Notes: generated by a model from the letters alone, not told the origin. Counted from the stretch's first letter, positions 35,092 through 44,390 are shown. The stretch is 64,000 nucleotides of DNA from an uncultured Lachnospiraceae bacterium (GCA_964541815.1 CAZIRI010000001.1:26845-90844); one strand, 5' to 3'. Translations and numbers: made by a program.

Positions 35092-35109
35092 TTCCAAATC
35101 TCCTTTTAA

Positions 35110-35403
35110 CTAGTCTCCAACATATGGAAGAAGAGCCATATTTCTTGCTCTCTTGACCGCTGTTGTGATTTCTCTTTGATGGAAAGAACAAACTCCTGTT
35201 TGTCTTCTTGGCAAAATTTTGCCTTTTTCTGTGACATACTTTTTGATTTTTGTCACATCTTTATAGTCAATGCTTTTCTCCCCAGCAACGCAGAAAGGAC
35301 AAACTTTTTTCTTTGCTGGTTTACGAAATTTTTTCACTGGCATTTTTTCTTCAGTTTTTTCAATTTTTTCTGCTTTTTCAGCAATAACTTCAACTTCGCT
35401 CAT
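35110..35403 (-). CDS. rpsR: 30S ribosomal protein S18 with a 20-aa acidic N-terminal extension
   Basis: [66 protein letters not shown] precedes the first ATG at 35403. Confidence 0.9.
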   Translation of the reverse strand: MSEVEVIAEKAEKIEKTEEKMPVKKFRKPAKKKVCPFCVAGEKSIDYKDVTKIKKYVTEKGKILPRRQTGVCSFHQREITTAVKRARNMALLPYVGD

Positions 35404-35439
35404 TTTTATCTCCTTTATAAATTTTTGTTTCTTTGAATT

Positions 35440-35877
35440 TTAGAAAGGAAGACTGTCATCTTCAATAGGTTCAAGTTCAGTGCTTTTTGATGCATTTTTT
35501 TGTTCTGAATAATTGTTGTTTGAAGAACCATATCCTTGTCCCTCATCTCCATCATTATTGTTTCTGCTTCCGATAAATTCAACCTCTTCCGCAACGATAT
35601 CAAAAGATGTTCTCTTTGAGCCATCTTGTGCATCATATGTTGTCACTTGAATTCTTCCGCAAATCGCACATTTTGAACCTTTTTTCAAATATTTATGGCA
35701 ATTTTCCGCTGGTTTTCCCCAAACTGTGATGTTTAAGAAGTCAACACCTCTTTCCCCATCAGCATTTGAAAATCTTCTTTGAACCGCAAGACCAAATCTG
35801 CAAACAGATGTTCCACTGTTTGTTGTTTGAAGTTCTGGATCTCTTGTCAAATTTCCTATCAATTCAACTTTGTTCAT
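35440..35877 (-). CDS. ssb: single-stranded DNA-binding protein
   Basis: OB-fold N-terminus MNKVELIGNLTRDPEL and the acidic C-terminal tip DDSLPF. Sits in the rpsF-ssb-rpsR arrangement. Confidence 0.95.
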   Translation of the reverse strand: MNKVELIGNLTRDPELQTTNSGTSVCRFGLAVQRRFSNADGERGVDFLNITVWGKPAENCHKYLKKGSKCAICGRIQVTTYDAQDGSKRTSFDIVAEEVEFIGSRNNNDGDEGQGYGSSNNNYSEQKNASKSTELEPIEDDSLPF

Positions 35878-35898
35878 TTTTCTCTCCTAAATTCGTTT

Positions 35899-36183
35899 TT
35901 ATTTTCTCACAAACATGTGACGGCAAATTCCGTCAGTGATGTTCATAAGTTTGCTCATTGCGTCAACTTCTTTTGGTTCCATTTCAATATTAAAAAGAAC
36001 ATAGAATCCTTCATTTTTGAAGTTGATTGGATAAGCAAGTTTTTTCATCCCTATTTTCTCGATTCCAGCAATTGAGCCGTTGTGAGATTCAACATACTTC
36101 TTGAATTTTTCAACAAGTGCTTCTCTCTTTTCTTCGGCAACATCGCTTTCAACGATAAACATAAGTTCATACTTATTCATCAT
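35899..36183 (-). CDS. rpsF: 30S ribosomal protein S6
   Basis: MMNKYELMFIVESDV... Start at 36183 after AAGGAGG. The 18-codon track extension is unsupported. Confidence 0.9.
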   Translation of the reverse strand: MMNKYELMFIVESDVAEEKREALVEKFKKYVESHNGSIAGIEKIGMKKLAYPINFKNEGFYVLFNIEMEPKEVDAMSKLMNITDGICRHMFVRK

Positions 36184-36344
36184 ATTTACCTCCTTTTGGA
36201 CTAGTGGCTCTTTCTCAAAAAAGAGCAAGGACAGCATAAATATACACTGCTTGTGTCATTTTATCACATTCAAAATGGATTTGTCAAGAAAAAAAAGAAA
36301 AAGGCGGGTTGTAATTGCACAAATTTCCTCTTTTTCTTTCAATT

Positions 36345-36962
36345 TTACTTCTCAAATGTGAAATTTTCAAATGTGTATCCAAAATCTTTCAGTTTCTCAA
36401 ACAAGAAACTTGGAGAAATTCCAAACACTGTGTTGTAGTCACCATTCACTTTTTCTAGGAAAATTGACGCTTTGCCCAAAAGAGCATATCCCGCACAATC
36501 ATACACACTTTTTTCGTTGTCAACATACCACTCAATCTCTTCGTCTGTCATTCTTTTGAATGTGACATAGGCATTGTCCGTATAACTCTCAATATGGTTT
36601 GTATACATATCAAAAATTGTCACACCCGTCGTCGCAACGCTCACACCATTTGAAAGTGCTTTTATCATTTTTATTGCTTCCGCCCTATCTTTTGGTTTTC
36701 CAAATTCTTCACCATTCTTGTATATAACAGTGTCAGCAGTGACAACAACTGCATTGCCTTTCACTTTTTTTGCAACCGCTTTTGCTTTCATATAAGAAAT
36801 TTGTTTTGCATATTCACTTGGGTCTGTTTCGTCACAATCTTCATCGATATCACTTGTCACAACAGTGTATTTAAGCCCTATCATATCCAAAATTTGTTGT
36901 CTTCTTTCCGAAGCGGAACCCAAAACAAACTCTCTTTCCAAAACTTCACTCTTTTTTCTCAT
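36345..36962 (-). CDS. maf: Maf-like nucleoside triphosphate pyrophosphatase
   Basis: FVLGSASERRQQILDMIGL...VVTADTVI...GKP...AGYA. Confidence 0.85.
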   Translation of the reverse strand: MRKKSEVLEREFVLGSASERRQQILDMIGLKYTVVTSDIDEDCDETDPSEYAKQISYMKAKAVAKKVKGNAVVVTADTVIYKNGEEFGKPKDRAEAIKMIKALSNGVSVATTGVTIFDMYTNHIESYTDNAYVTFKRMTDEEIEWYVDNEKSVYDCAGYALLGKASIFLEKVNGDYNTVFGISPSFLFEKLKDFGYTFENFTFEK

Positions 36963-37082
36963 CGTTTTCCCCTATAAATATATATTATCATACAAAGTGA
37001 CAAAATGCAACAAATTATCAAAAAAAATTCCAAAATCAACCATAATGGTGACTGGAATTTTTTTTATTTTAACAACCTAGAA

Positions 37083-37889
37083 CTAGTCTTTGGTCAGTTC
37101 TTTTATCGCCACAATAATTTTTTTTACTTTATTCTTGCGGGCTTCTTTTTTATCTTCTTTATAATACTTCTCCGACTTAATTTCTTTTGTCTTTAAGTCA
37201 AGAATTTCAAGTTCATCCCAACCTTCTGGTTTGAGAAAAACCTTATTAAAACCTTTTTTCGCCCAAGAATAATATTGATTGCCATAATGATACTTTTTCC
37301 TCTTCATATCATAAGCAAGTGGATAATCAAAATATTGAATATCTCTTTTCTTAAAGTCATATTGAAAACCATATTTTTTGAAAACTGCATTAAATTCTTC
37401 CTTTATATGCTCTTTATTACTCTTGAAATAATCCATCACAACTCTGTCGTCGATAAAAGAATTGTTTCCAGCAACTGTCGCCGAAAATAACAAAATGTTC
37501 TCAACACAATTCACCACATCAATTTCTGGGATTTTCTTCCCTTTCACAAGAGCGTCAATCACATGCTTTTGAGTTGCATGAAGCGACACGGTGAGTTTTT
37601 TTATATTATCCAAATCTGTTTGAGAAATATCCTTATCGTCACGACACAAGTTTGCTATTGAATCTGCTTGTTCCACATTACGAAAGAAACAAAAACAGTA
37701 TTTCAAAAATTCTACACCGCTTTTTGGTGCTTCTTCCATAGTGTTCAAAATGTCTCTTTTTAGTGAACCGACCATCGTGGAAAATTCCGTAAAATCTCTG
37801 TTGTATGGACTTCCTTTTCTGCAAATTGTTTTGTCAATTTGAAAATCAATCCCCTGCTCAAAATCCAAATTATACTTCATAAAATTCAT
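37083..37889 (-). CDS. hypothetical protein (268 aa), no recognisable motif
   Basis: Long ORF with no TM and a Lys-rich C-terminus. A terminator-like hairpin lies downstream (about 37025-37070). I recognise no family. Confidence 0.6.
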   Translation of the reverse strand: MNFMKYNLDFEQGIDFQIDKTICRKGSPYNRDFTEFSTMVGSLKRDILNTMEEAPKSGVEFLKYCFCFFRNVEQADSIANLCRDDKDISQTDLDNIKKLTVSLHATQKHVIDALVKGKKIPEIDVVNCVENILLFSATVAGNNSFIDDRVVMDYFKSNKEHIKEEFNAVFKKYGFQYDFKKRDIQYFDYPLAYDMKRKKYHYGNQYYSWAKKGFNKVFLKPEGWDELEILDLKTKEIKSEKYYKEDKKEARKNKVKKIIVAIKELTKD

Positions 37890-38005
37890 CTCCCTTTCAT
37901 TGTAATGAATATATCACATTTCACCATAAGTGTCAACACCCAAATTTTCAAAAATGGTGTAAATTTTTGCTTTTTTTTGAAAATTTTTGCAATTTTTTTG
38001 CATTT

Positions 38006-38704
38006 TCAATCTTTTATTAAATCTTTCACAACTTCGCCCGCCAAAATATATCCCACAACAGGAGGAACAAAAGCCACGCTCCCAACAGTTCGCTCCCCAT
38101 TTTCAGAGCAATCAACTTTCATTGGCAATTCTTTTGAATAGACAACTTTTGTGTGTTCTATCCCATATTTTTTCAACTCTCTTCGCATAACCCTTGCAAG
38201 AGGACAAACACTTGTTTTTGAGATGTCGCAAACTTCAAAAAGTGTTGGATTTGTTTTGTTCCCCGCACCCATTGCAGAAATAATTGGAACATTCTCTTTC
38301 TTTGCTTTTTCAATCAGTTGAACTTTGCCCGCCACTGTGTCGATTGCGTCAACAACATAATCAAACTGCGAAAAATCAAATTCGTTTTGCGTTTCTGGCA
38401 AAAAGAATATCTTTTTTGTCTCAACTTGACATTTTGGATTTATTTCCAAAACTCTCTCTTTTGCGACATCAACCTTGTTTCGTCCAACGGTTTTCGTTGT
38501 TGCCAAAATCTGCCTGTTTATATTTGTCTTTGAAATCTCATCGCTATCCACCAAAGTCAACTTCCCAATTCCACTTCTTGCGAGCGCTTCAACAACACTT
38601 CCGCCAACTCCACCAACTCCAAAAACTGCGACATTTTTCTTTTGCAATTTTTCAACCGCATTTTCGCCCAAAAGCAATTTTGTTCTCATCAACCAATCTT
38701 CCAT
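38006..38704 (-). CDS. tcdA: tRNA threonylcarbamoyladenosine dehydratase (ThiF/E1-like)
   Basis: VAVFGVGGVGGSVVEALARSGIGKLTLVDSDEISKTNINRQ. Start at the ATG at 38704; the track start is a GTG with no SD. Confidence 0.8.
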   Translation of the reverse strand: MEDWLMRTKLLLGENAVEKLQKKNVAVFGVGGVGGSVVEALARSGIGKLTLVDSDEISKTNINRQILATTKTVGRNKVDVAKERVLEINPKCQVETKKIFFLPETQNEFDFSQFDYVVDAIDTVAGKVQLIEKAKKENVPIISAMGAGNKTNPTLFEVCDISKTSVCPLARVMRRELKKYGIEHTKVVYSKELPMKVDCSENGERTVGSVAFVPPVVGYILAGEVVKDLIKD

Positions 38705-38814
38705 GACATTTCCCTTTTTTACAAGATTATTATACAAAAATTTCAATTTTTTCACAATAAAATATGCATTTTTTCAAAGAAAAAACAAGGTCGAGCCTTG
38801 TTTTTATTTTCAAA

Positions 38815-39153
38815 TTATTGTTTCTTTGAATTTGCCATTGCTTTTGTTTTTTCTGCACTTGATTTTCTTTGGCTAATTTTTTCAAGTTTGTCTTTGCAAA
38901 CTCTTATACGAGCCTGCAAGAATGCAACATCATTTGATGCCAAATTCACTTTGCGTTGCAACTTTTCTTTGTCGTTCTTTGGTTTTGTTTCCAATCTTCC
39001 ATCAGTGTATAACTTTTTATATGCTTCACAATATCTGTTGCTTGCCAAAGATGTGTCAATATTTTTGTATTTTGCATATTCTTCTTCCAACTGATTTTTC
39101 AATGCAACCAATTCTTCCAATTTTCCTTTCAATGCTTTGTATGATTCGCTCAT
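38815..39153 (-). CDS. hypothetical coiled-coil protein (112 aa)
   Basis: Heptad-rich sequence MSESYKALKGKLEELVALKNQLEEEYAKYKN... The start at 39153 is preceded by AAGGGGTGG. Confidence 0.5.
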   Translation of the reverse strand: MSESYKALKGKLEELVALKNQLEEEYAKYKNIDTSLASNRYCEAYKKLYTDGRLETKPKNDKEKLQRKVNLASNDVAFLQARIRVCKDKLEKISQRKSSAEKTKAMANSKKQ

Positions 39154-39251
39154 TTTCCACCCCTTGTTTCTTACACACAAATGATACCACACAAAACGCT
39201 CACTGTCAAGGGGCAATTTCGATTTTTTTTGCAAAAAATTCACTTTTTTTA

Positions 39252-39851
39252 TCAATTTTCAATGGTTTTTTCATCAAGATAAGTTGCCATATAATCAGCA
39301 AGGTGCAACAAGTATGCAACGGGGAACTTTGAAAAAACATTTTTGAGAATACTTGAATTGTTCTTCGCTCTTTCATCAAATGCGCCCATGTGCCAATTTA
39401 TCGCCATTGCCTCTTCTCTGGAAAGACGCATAAACCCAGAAATCATATAGACAGATTTTTCTCCATGCCCATAGGGAAGACTGTCATCAACTTTGTAATA
39501 CGGCCTTTGAACCCACTCTCCGTCAACTTTCACATTTCGCATTTCAATTTTATAAAAATTCACCTTGCAAATGTCGTGCAGAAGAGCCATAACGGTTGCA
39601 CTTTCATTTGAAACGACATTTTGCCAATCTTCACCATATTCATTTTTCAGCAATTTCACAAATCTTTTGTAGACATTCATGCTATGCAAGCACAATCCAC
39701 CCTCAAAATTTGAATGGAATTTTGAAGATGCAGGAGCGGTGAAAAAATCAGATTTCTCCAAAAAATTGAGCAACTCTTCCGCTCCGTCACGCTCAATATT
39801 GTAATATAACTCCAAAAATTCTTGTTTTGTCTCTTCCAAATCTATTTCCAT
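39252..39851 (-). CDS. HD-domain phosphohydrolase
   Basis: FHSNFEGGLCLHSMNV and LLHDICK (H...HD) motifs. Start at 39851 after GGAGGG. Confidence 0.75.
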   Translation of the reverse strand: MEIDLEETKQEFLELYYNIERDGAEELLNFLEKSDFFTAPASSKFHSNFEGGLCLHSMNVYKRFVKLLKNEYGEDWQNVVSNESATVMALLHDICKVNFYKIEMRNVKVDGEWVQRPYYKVDDSLPYGHGEKSVYMISGFMRLSREEAMAINWHMGAFDERAKNNSSILKNVFSKFPVAYLLHLADYMATYLDEKTIEN

Positions 39852-39867
39852 AATTCCCTCCATAATT

Positions 39868-40800
39868 TTAGCAATAAATAATTCCAAAAATCAAATAATA
39901 TATCGCATTTTCAACTTGCATTTGTCCATTTTTTATATAAAAATCGACATCGTTCAACATTCCATATATATTTTTCAGTTGCAATTTCGAAAAATTTTTC
40001 GCTATCGAACGAGCCTTTGTGATTGCATACTCCTTAACCCCCAAAAGTTCACTCAATTCTCTGTCAGTCAAATCTGAAATTGATGCAAAGAAAAGTCTTC
40101 GAAAATGATTCAGTATCAAAGAAAAAGTCTTTGTGTCTTTGTCCATAAGGTTCAACAGTTCCACTGCCTTTTTCCCGTCCTTTCTTGACAATGCATCAGT
40201 GAGTTCAAAAACAGTGTATTCTGTCTGCTTGCAAACCAAACTGTCAATGGTTTTTGTTGATATATTTTCATCATCGCAAAAAGCAAGTTTGTCAAGTTCA
40301 TTCTTTATCAATGAATAATAATTGCAACACGATTCAATAAGTTGAGAAACGGCATCTCCGTCAATCGTTTTTCCATGTGACGCAAGTTCTTTGATGATAA
40401 TTTCTTTCAAAGACTCGTCATCAAGACGCTTCGCACTCACGCTTTCACTTATCACAAAATCAAATTTGTTGAAAAAATCAAAAATGACAAGGCAAGTGCT
40501 TCCGACAGGATTTTTCAAATATGCTTTCAATTTTTCTTTGAATGAATTTCCAAATTTTGTCAAATTTTTCAGTAAAACAATTTTGTAATCACTGCATATT
40601 GGCAATGTTTCGCAAGTGTTTATAATCAAATCTTCATTGAATGAGTCATCATCAAAAACTGTGAAATTAAAATCTTCCATTTGCAAATTTATTGCGTCTT
40701 TGATAAGTTTGAGTGCTTTGTCATACAACAAAACATCTTCGCCCTGCACAAGATAACTTGCCTCAATCTTTTTTTGCAATCTGCTTTTTAATGTTTTCAA
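39868..40800 (-). CDS. holA: DNA polymerase III subunit delta
   Basis: About 310 aa directly after comEC, the conserved Firmicute order comEC-holA. N-terminal YLVQGEDVLL. TTG start in a TTGA overlap with the comEC stop, with AAGGAG 9 nt upstream. Confidence 0.7.
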   Translation of the reverse strand: MKTLKSRLQKKIEASYLVQGEDVLLYDKALKLIKDAINLQMEDFNFTVFDDDSFNEDLIINTCETLPICSDYKIVLLKNLTKFGNSFKEKLKAYLKNPVGSTCLVIFDFFNKFDFVISESVSAKRLDDESLKEIIIKELASHGKTIDGDAVSQLIESCCNYYSLIKNELDKLAFCDDENISTKTIDSLVCKQTEYTVFELTDALSRKDGKKAVELLNLMDKDTKTFSLILNHFRRLFFASISDLTDRELSELLGVKEYAITKARSIAKNFSKLQLKNIYGMLNDVDFYIKNGQMQVENAIYYLIFGIIYC

Positions 40801-42920
40801 TCCAACTGTCTCCTTTCAAGGTTGTTATTTTCAAACTTAAATGAAATATTCCCGTCTTTATCATATGAAAAATCAACATTTTCATCTCTTTCCTGTGTGA
40901 TTATCGTTGTTTGCGATGAAAATTGTTTTGCAAACTGACTTTGCTGTCCCAACACTATTATATCATAACATTCTTTTTGAATTTCTTCAACTGGAATTTC
41001 ATCAAAACTTGAATTTTTTAATATAAAAATTTTTAATCCGTCAAAAGAAATTTCAAGACCAAGCAATTTTTTCTCATAGGACTTGAAAACATATTCAAAG
41101 CCCAAAACCATTCCCCTTTCATCAAATTCGCACTTCCTCTCGTCTTCATAACCTTGCAGAGTGCCAGTGCGAAAGACATTCCCAGCACCTGCAATTTTGT
41201 AAACATCGCTTTTTAGTTTTGTGTTTTGCAACAAAAACACGCTTGAAACATTGTCAATTTGATTTTTGTTTAACAATTTCTTTGTGAAACTGTCATAAGC
41301 CAAATCAACCAAAACAGCACCGCCACTTTTGTTTGTCAACAAAATTGTTTCGTTTGAATAACTGCAACAATAAGAAATTGTTGTTTCATTTTTCTTTGAC
41401 AAACTCCCACAAACAACATCAACGGAAAGCACGCACACAAGAATTGCACAAGCAATCGCCTTAACCCGCTTTTTTGTCATCAAAAATTTGCTTATTGCAA
41501 AGCATGCGACAAAAACACATGCCACGACAAATTGGTCAAATGGGGATAAGTCAAGAGCCAAACTTGTGGATGCAAAAAATTTTGCGACAAATGTTATAAA
41601 ATCAAAACCTAAACTGCAAAAGTGGAGCAAAAATGACATAAACGGCAAAATACAACAAATCATTGTCACCACAAACAAAAATGGATACAAAATCCCAAAA
41701 AACGGAATCACAATCAAATTTGCAAACACTGACAAAAAGTTTAGTGTCCCAAACATATCTGCCATAAATGGCAAAATTCCAATTTGTGTCGCAATTGAAA
41801 TTGACATCGCATCAGCCAAACCTTTGGGCATGATTTTTGATAGATATTTGCTCAAAATTGGAGAAATGACAAAAATTCCCATAACGCAAAAGAAACTCAT
41901 CAAAAAGCCCAAATCAAGAGCGGACAGCGGAGAACAAATCAATATCAAAAACCCCGCAAGCCCCAAACTGTTGAGATTGTCATATCGTTTCCCAACCATT
42001 GTTGCACCGACACAAACAAGCCCCATCACTCCCGCTCGCACAACGGACGGAGAAAAACCGCATAAATAAGCATATATGAAAAGGAAAACAAAGCAAATCA
42101 CAAAATTTGTCAGTCCCTTGACATGCAACTTTTTCAAGAAAAATCCAAGCATTGCAACCAAAAAAGAAATGTGAAGACCTGACACTGTGAGCAAGTGAAT
42201 TATGCCTGAAACTCTGTAAGCCTCATAAGTTTCGTCATAGACATCGGTTTTGTCGCCAAACAAAACGGCATAACCTATCGCCCCATTTTCTTCGCCCATT
42301 GAAGAATATAAAAGCGATTTCACTTTCATTCTCAACTTTTCATCAAATGAAACATAGTTGCCAACAACACTCACTTCCGAACTTGAAACGGTGCAAGTAT
42401 ATGCACAATTATTTCTGAAATTATACACACTGAATGTTGACAACTCAAACAGTCTTGTGTTGTTCACCTCTTGTGAAAAAGTGATTTTGTCGCCAATAGA
42501 AAACTCCATATTGTCATCATTTTCGATGATAAGACTCATATTTTTCGTTTCTTCACCATTTATTTTGACATCTTTCAGCACAAGTTTCCACCTGTCGCCA
42601 TAAGTCGATTGTTGAAGACTGTCACTTATTCTGCCAGAAACTTCACAAGTCCCCGAATATTCTTTTGTGGAAAATGTGGATAAACCGACATAAAACCAAC
42701 CAATTCCAAAAAGAAAAACACAAATAAGAAAGAGAAAAATTTTCCAATTTCTTTGATAAACGCATATCCCAACCAAAATCAATAGACAAAGAATGCACAG
42801 TAAAGAGCTTGCAACACTTCCCGAAAACAAAAAATTTGCCACAGTCAATGAAAGTAGCAATGTTAAAAAGCCATAAAACAGTGGACGAGAATTGATTATT
42901 TTCTTTTGTGCTTTCTTCAT
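40797..42920 (-). CDS. comEC: DNA internalisation-related competence protein ComEC/Rec2
   Basis: N-terminal TMs plus an OB-like DUF4131 region. Competence domain YRVSGIIHLLTVSGLHISFL with many TMs. The C-terminal ~200 aa lack an HxHxDH motif. Confidence 0.85.
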   Translation of the reverse strand: MKKAQKKIINSRPLFYGFLTLLLSLTVANFLFSGSVASSLLCILCLLILVGICVYQRNWKIFLFLICVFLFGIGWFYVGLSTFSTKEYSGTCEVSGRISDSLQQSTYGDRWKLVLKDVKINGEETKNMSLIIENDDNMEFSIGDKITFSQEVNNTRLFELSTFSVYNFRNNCAYTCTVSSSEVSVVGNYVSFDEKLRMKVKSLLYSSMGEENGAIGYAVLFGDKTDVYDETYEAYRVSGIIHLLTVSGLHISFLVAMLGFFLKKLHVKGLTNFVICFVFLFIYAYLCGFSPSVVRAGVMGLVCVGATMVGKRYDNLNSLGLAGFLILICSPLSALDLGFLMSFFCVMGIFVISPILSKYLSKIMPKGLADAMSISIATQIGILPFMADMFGTLNFLSVFANLIVIPFFGILYPFLFVVTMICCILPFMSFLLHFCSLGFDFITFVAKFFASTSLALDLSPFDQFVVACVFVACFAISKFLMTKKRVKAIACAILVCVLSVDVVCGSLSKKNETTISYCCSYSNETILLTNKSGGAVLVDLAYDSFTKKLLNKNQIDNVSSVFLLQNTKLKSDVYKIAGAGNVFRTGTLQGYEDERKCEFDERGMVLGFEYVFKSYEKKLLGLEISFDGLKIFILKNSSFDEIPVEEIQKECYDIIVLGQQSQFAKQFSSQTTIITQERDENVDFSYDKDGNISFKFENNNLERRQLD

Positions 42921-42924
42921 AAAA

Positions 42925-43197
42925 TCACAATTTTCTTGTTATGCACTTCGCTCTTTTGACAGGAATTGGAGTGACTTGTTGTGAAATATGTCTATCAATT
43001 CTCAAAACGACCGCCTCTGTCTGCTCATCCAAAGAGCCATAAGGCACTTCAACAACATCACCCTCATTCAAAGATTTTATCTTGCTGATATACCACAAAA
43101 TATCACCAGTCGAAGAAATCCGCACCTTTGCAAAATCAAAATACTTCTTTTCTCTCACAACTCCACCCGACATGGAGTGAACCATATTATATCCCAT
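42925..43197 (-). CDS. hypothetical small protein (up to 90 aa)
   Basis: ORF immediately upstream of comEC (4-nt gap). No recognisable motif. The start is ambiguous (several Met codons). Confidence 0.4.
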   Translation of the reverse strand: MGYNMVHSMSGGVVREKKYFDFAKVRISSTGDILWYISKIKSLNEGDVVEVPYGSLDEQTEAVVLRIDRHISQQVTPIPVKRAKCITRKL

Positions 43198-43352
43198 GTT
43201 TTGATTCTATCACACTTCAACAAGAAATCAAAGAAAATTTTTGGATTTTATCAAATCGACAAAAAAATTTGACTAAAACACAATTTCAACCACTTCAAAC
43301 ACCCGCAAACCATGCAAAAATTGTCATAATTTGTTTTTTTTATAAAAATCAT

Positions 43353-43380
43353 TTGACTTTTTTTTGAAATTATGTATAAT
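43353..43380 (+). promoter_or_regulatory. sigma-70-type promoter of the candidate sRNA
   Basis: TTGACT (43353-43358), 16-nt spacer ending in TG, TATAAT (43375-43380). Confidence 0.55.
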
Positions 43381-43386
43381 AGAGAG

Positions 43387-43632
43387 TGAAAGTTTGAATG
43401 AAATTGAAAATAGTAATCTGTGTCATGAATAGTTTTTGTTCTACTTCACACAATACTTTTACTCCTTTTAAAATAAATTTTTAATAAATAAACTTTTCAT
43501 TCAGTAATTCGTGCATAGAAGTTTCAACCCCCTTATCACAATCACAAGTCAAATTGTGTGAGTGAAAGTCTTTGAATCCATGTTGTCATGCACACCTTTC
43601 ACTAAGACAAATGATCCCCATTTGTCTTTTTT
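43387..43632 (+). ncRNA. candidate structured small RNA (about 250 nt), family not identified
   Basis: Bounded by the promoter above and a terminator at 43605-43632, with no credible ORF. Long-range complementarity: agtgaaag (43385-92) with ctttcact (43596-603); tgaatgaaa (43396-404) with tttcattca (43495-503); tcacacaat (43446-54) with attgtgtga (43553-61). The segment gagtgaaagt(c)tttgaat is duplicated at 43383 and 43559. Confidence 0.4.
43605..43632 (+). terminator. rho-independent terminator
   Basis: AGACAAATgatccccATTTGTCT followed by a T-run (to 43632). There is no T-run on the other strand. Confidence 0.7.
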
Positions 43633-43759
43633 ATTGTCAAAAAGCCCATACAATAAAAAAATATTAACAGCCCAAAACTCAACAAAATTTTTGGCGAATT
43701 TTCCAAAAGAAAAAAGACTTGAATGCACTATATGCTTTCAAGTCCTATTGCTTATAAAT

Positions 43760-43833
43760 TGGAGCGGACGATGGGAGTCGGACCCACCTCTCAAGCTTGG
43801 GAAGCTCGCATACTACCGATGTACTACGCCCGC
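43760..43833 (-). tRNA. tRNA-Gly (anticodon CCC), CCA encoded
   Basis: The reverse complement is GCGGGCGTAGTACATCGGTAGTATGCGAGCTTCCCAAGCTTGAGAGGTGGGTCCGACTCCCATCGTCCGCTCCA. The 74-nt cloverleaf folds by hand, with anticodon loop TTCCCAA. Confidence 0.85.
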
Positions 43834-43861
43834 ATGGTTGCAGTCAACTGACTGCATTTTT

Positions 43862-44257
43862 TTATTCTTGCAAATTTGGTGGTGTGACAATTGGCCCCAA
43901 AATTGTGTTTAGTGTCAAGTTTGTGATGACATTTGAAACATAAGAAATCAAAATTCTCACTGGTTGACTGTTCTTTATGAAAGTTTTTGCATCGTCAAGT
44001 TTTGAAAATTCAATTGAATCAACTGGAATATCAATGCTCATTGTCACAGCCATTCTCATCACATCACTTGGCGTGATTTCCAGGGTTCTTGTCAAAGTCG
44101 CTCTGACAATCTCTTCAGAAATTTTTCTCACTTCAAGTTCATCTTGTGGCTTGATGTTTATCATTGCGTTTTGTTGTGGCATTTGCATTGTTTCATACAC
44201 AACTTTGTCCAAAATAGGTTTCACCAAATGTGGCTTAATAACATTTCCTTGCGCCAT
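43862..44257 (-). CDS. hypothetical protein (131 aa)
   Basis: ORF with GGAGA 8 nt before the ATG (taaggagaaattATG). No recognisable motif. Confidence 0.5.
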   Translation of the reverse strand: MAQGNVIKPHLVKPILDKVVYETMQMPQQNAMINIKPQDELEVRKISEEIVRATLTRTLEITPSDVMRMAVTMSIDIPVDSIEFSKLDDAKTFIKNSQPVRILISYVSNVITNLTLNTILGPIVTPPNLQE

Positions 44258-44390
44258 AATTTCTCCTTACCATTCTATAATAACACAAATTTCAAAAAAA
44301 TCAAATAGTTTTTTCAAAATTCCCAAAATAAAAAGATTATTTTTCAAAAGAATGCTTTCAATTTGAATGTTTTTGTGATAAACTACCATT

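Noticed and set aside
36207-36226. Hairpin gctcttt-ctcaaa-aaagagc in the rpsF 5' UTR, possibly the S6:S18-binding autoregulatory leader.
   Set aside because: The position is suggestive, but I cannot verify the conserved internal-loop nucleotides of that motif by eye. It needs an Rfam covariance-model scan.
18745-40800. Possibility of a mollicute-type genetic code (TGA = Trp), given the AT-richness and the membrane-anchored adhesin.
   Set aside because: TGA clearly terminates well-conserved genes at their expected lengths (queH, the HI0933-like gene, comEC, rbr, addB). It also forms the ATGA/TTGA coupling overlaps. Long ORFs are uninterrupted under code 11.
43387-43632. Interpreting the candidate sRNA as a T-box or riboswitch leader.
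   Set aside because: There is no downstream gene on the + strand. There is also no T-box sequence, no specifier/GGUGG-type elements, and none of the riboswitch cores I can recognise.
43562-43912. 116-aa + strand ORF.
   Set aside because: It spans the sRNA terminator and reads straight through the antisense tRNA-Gly (43760-43833). It has no SD.
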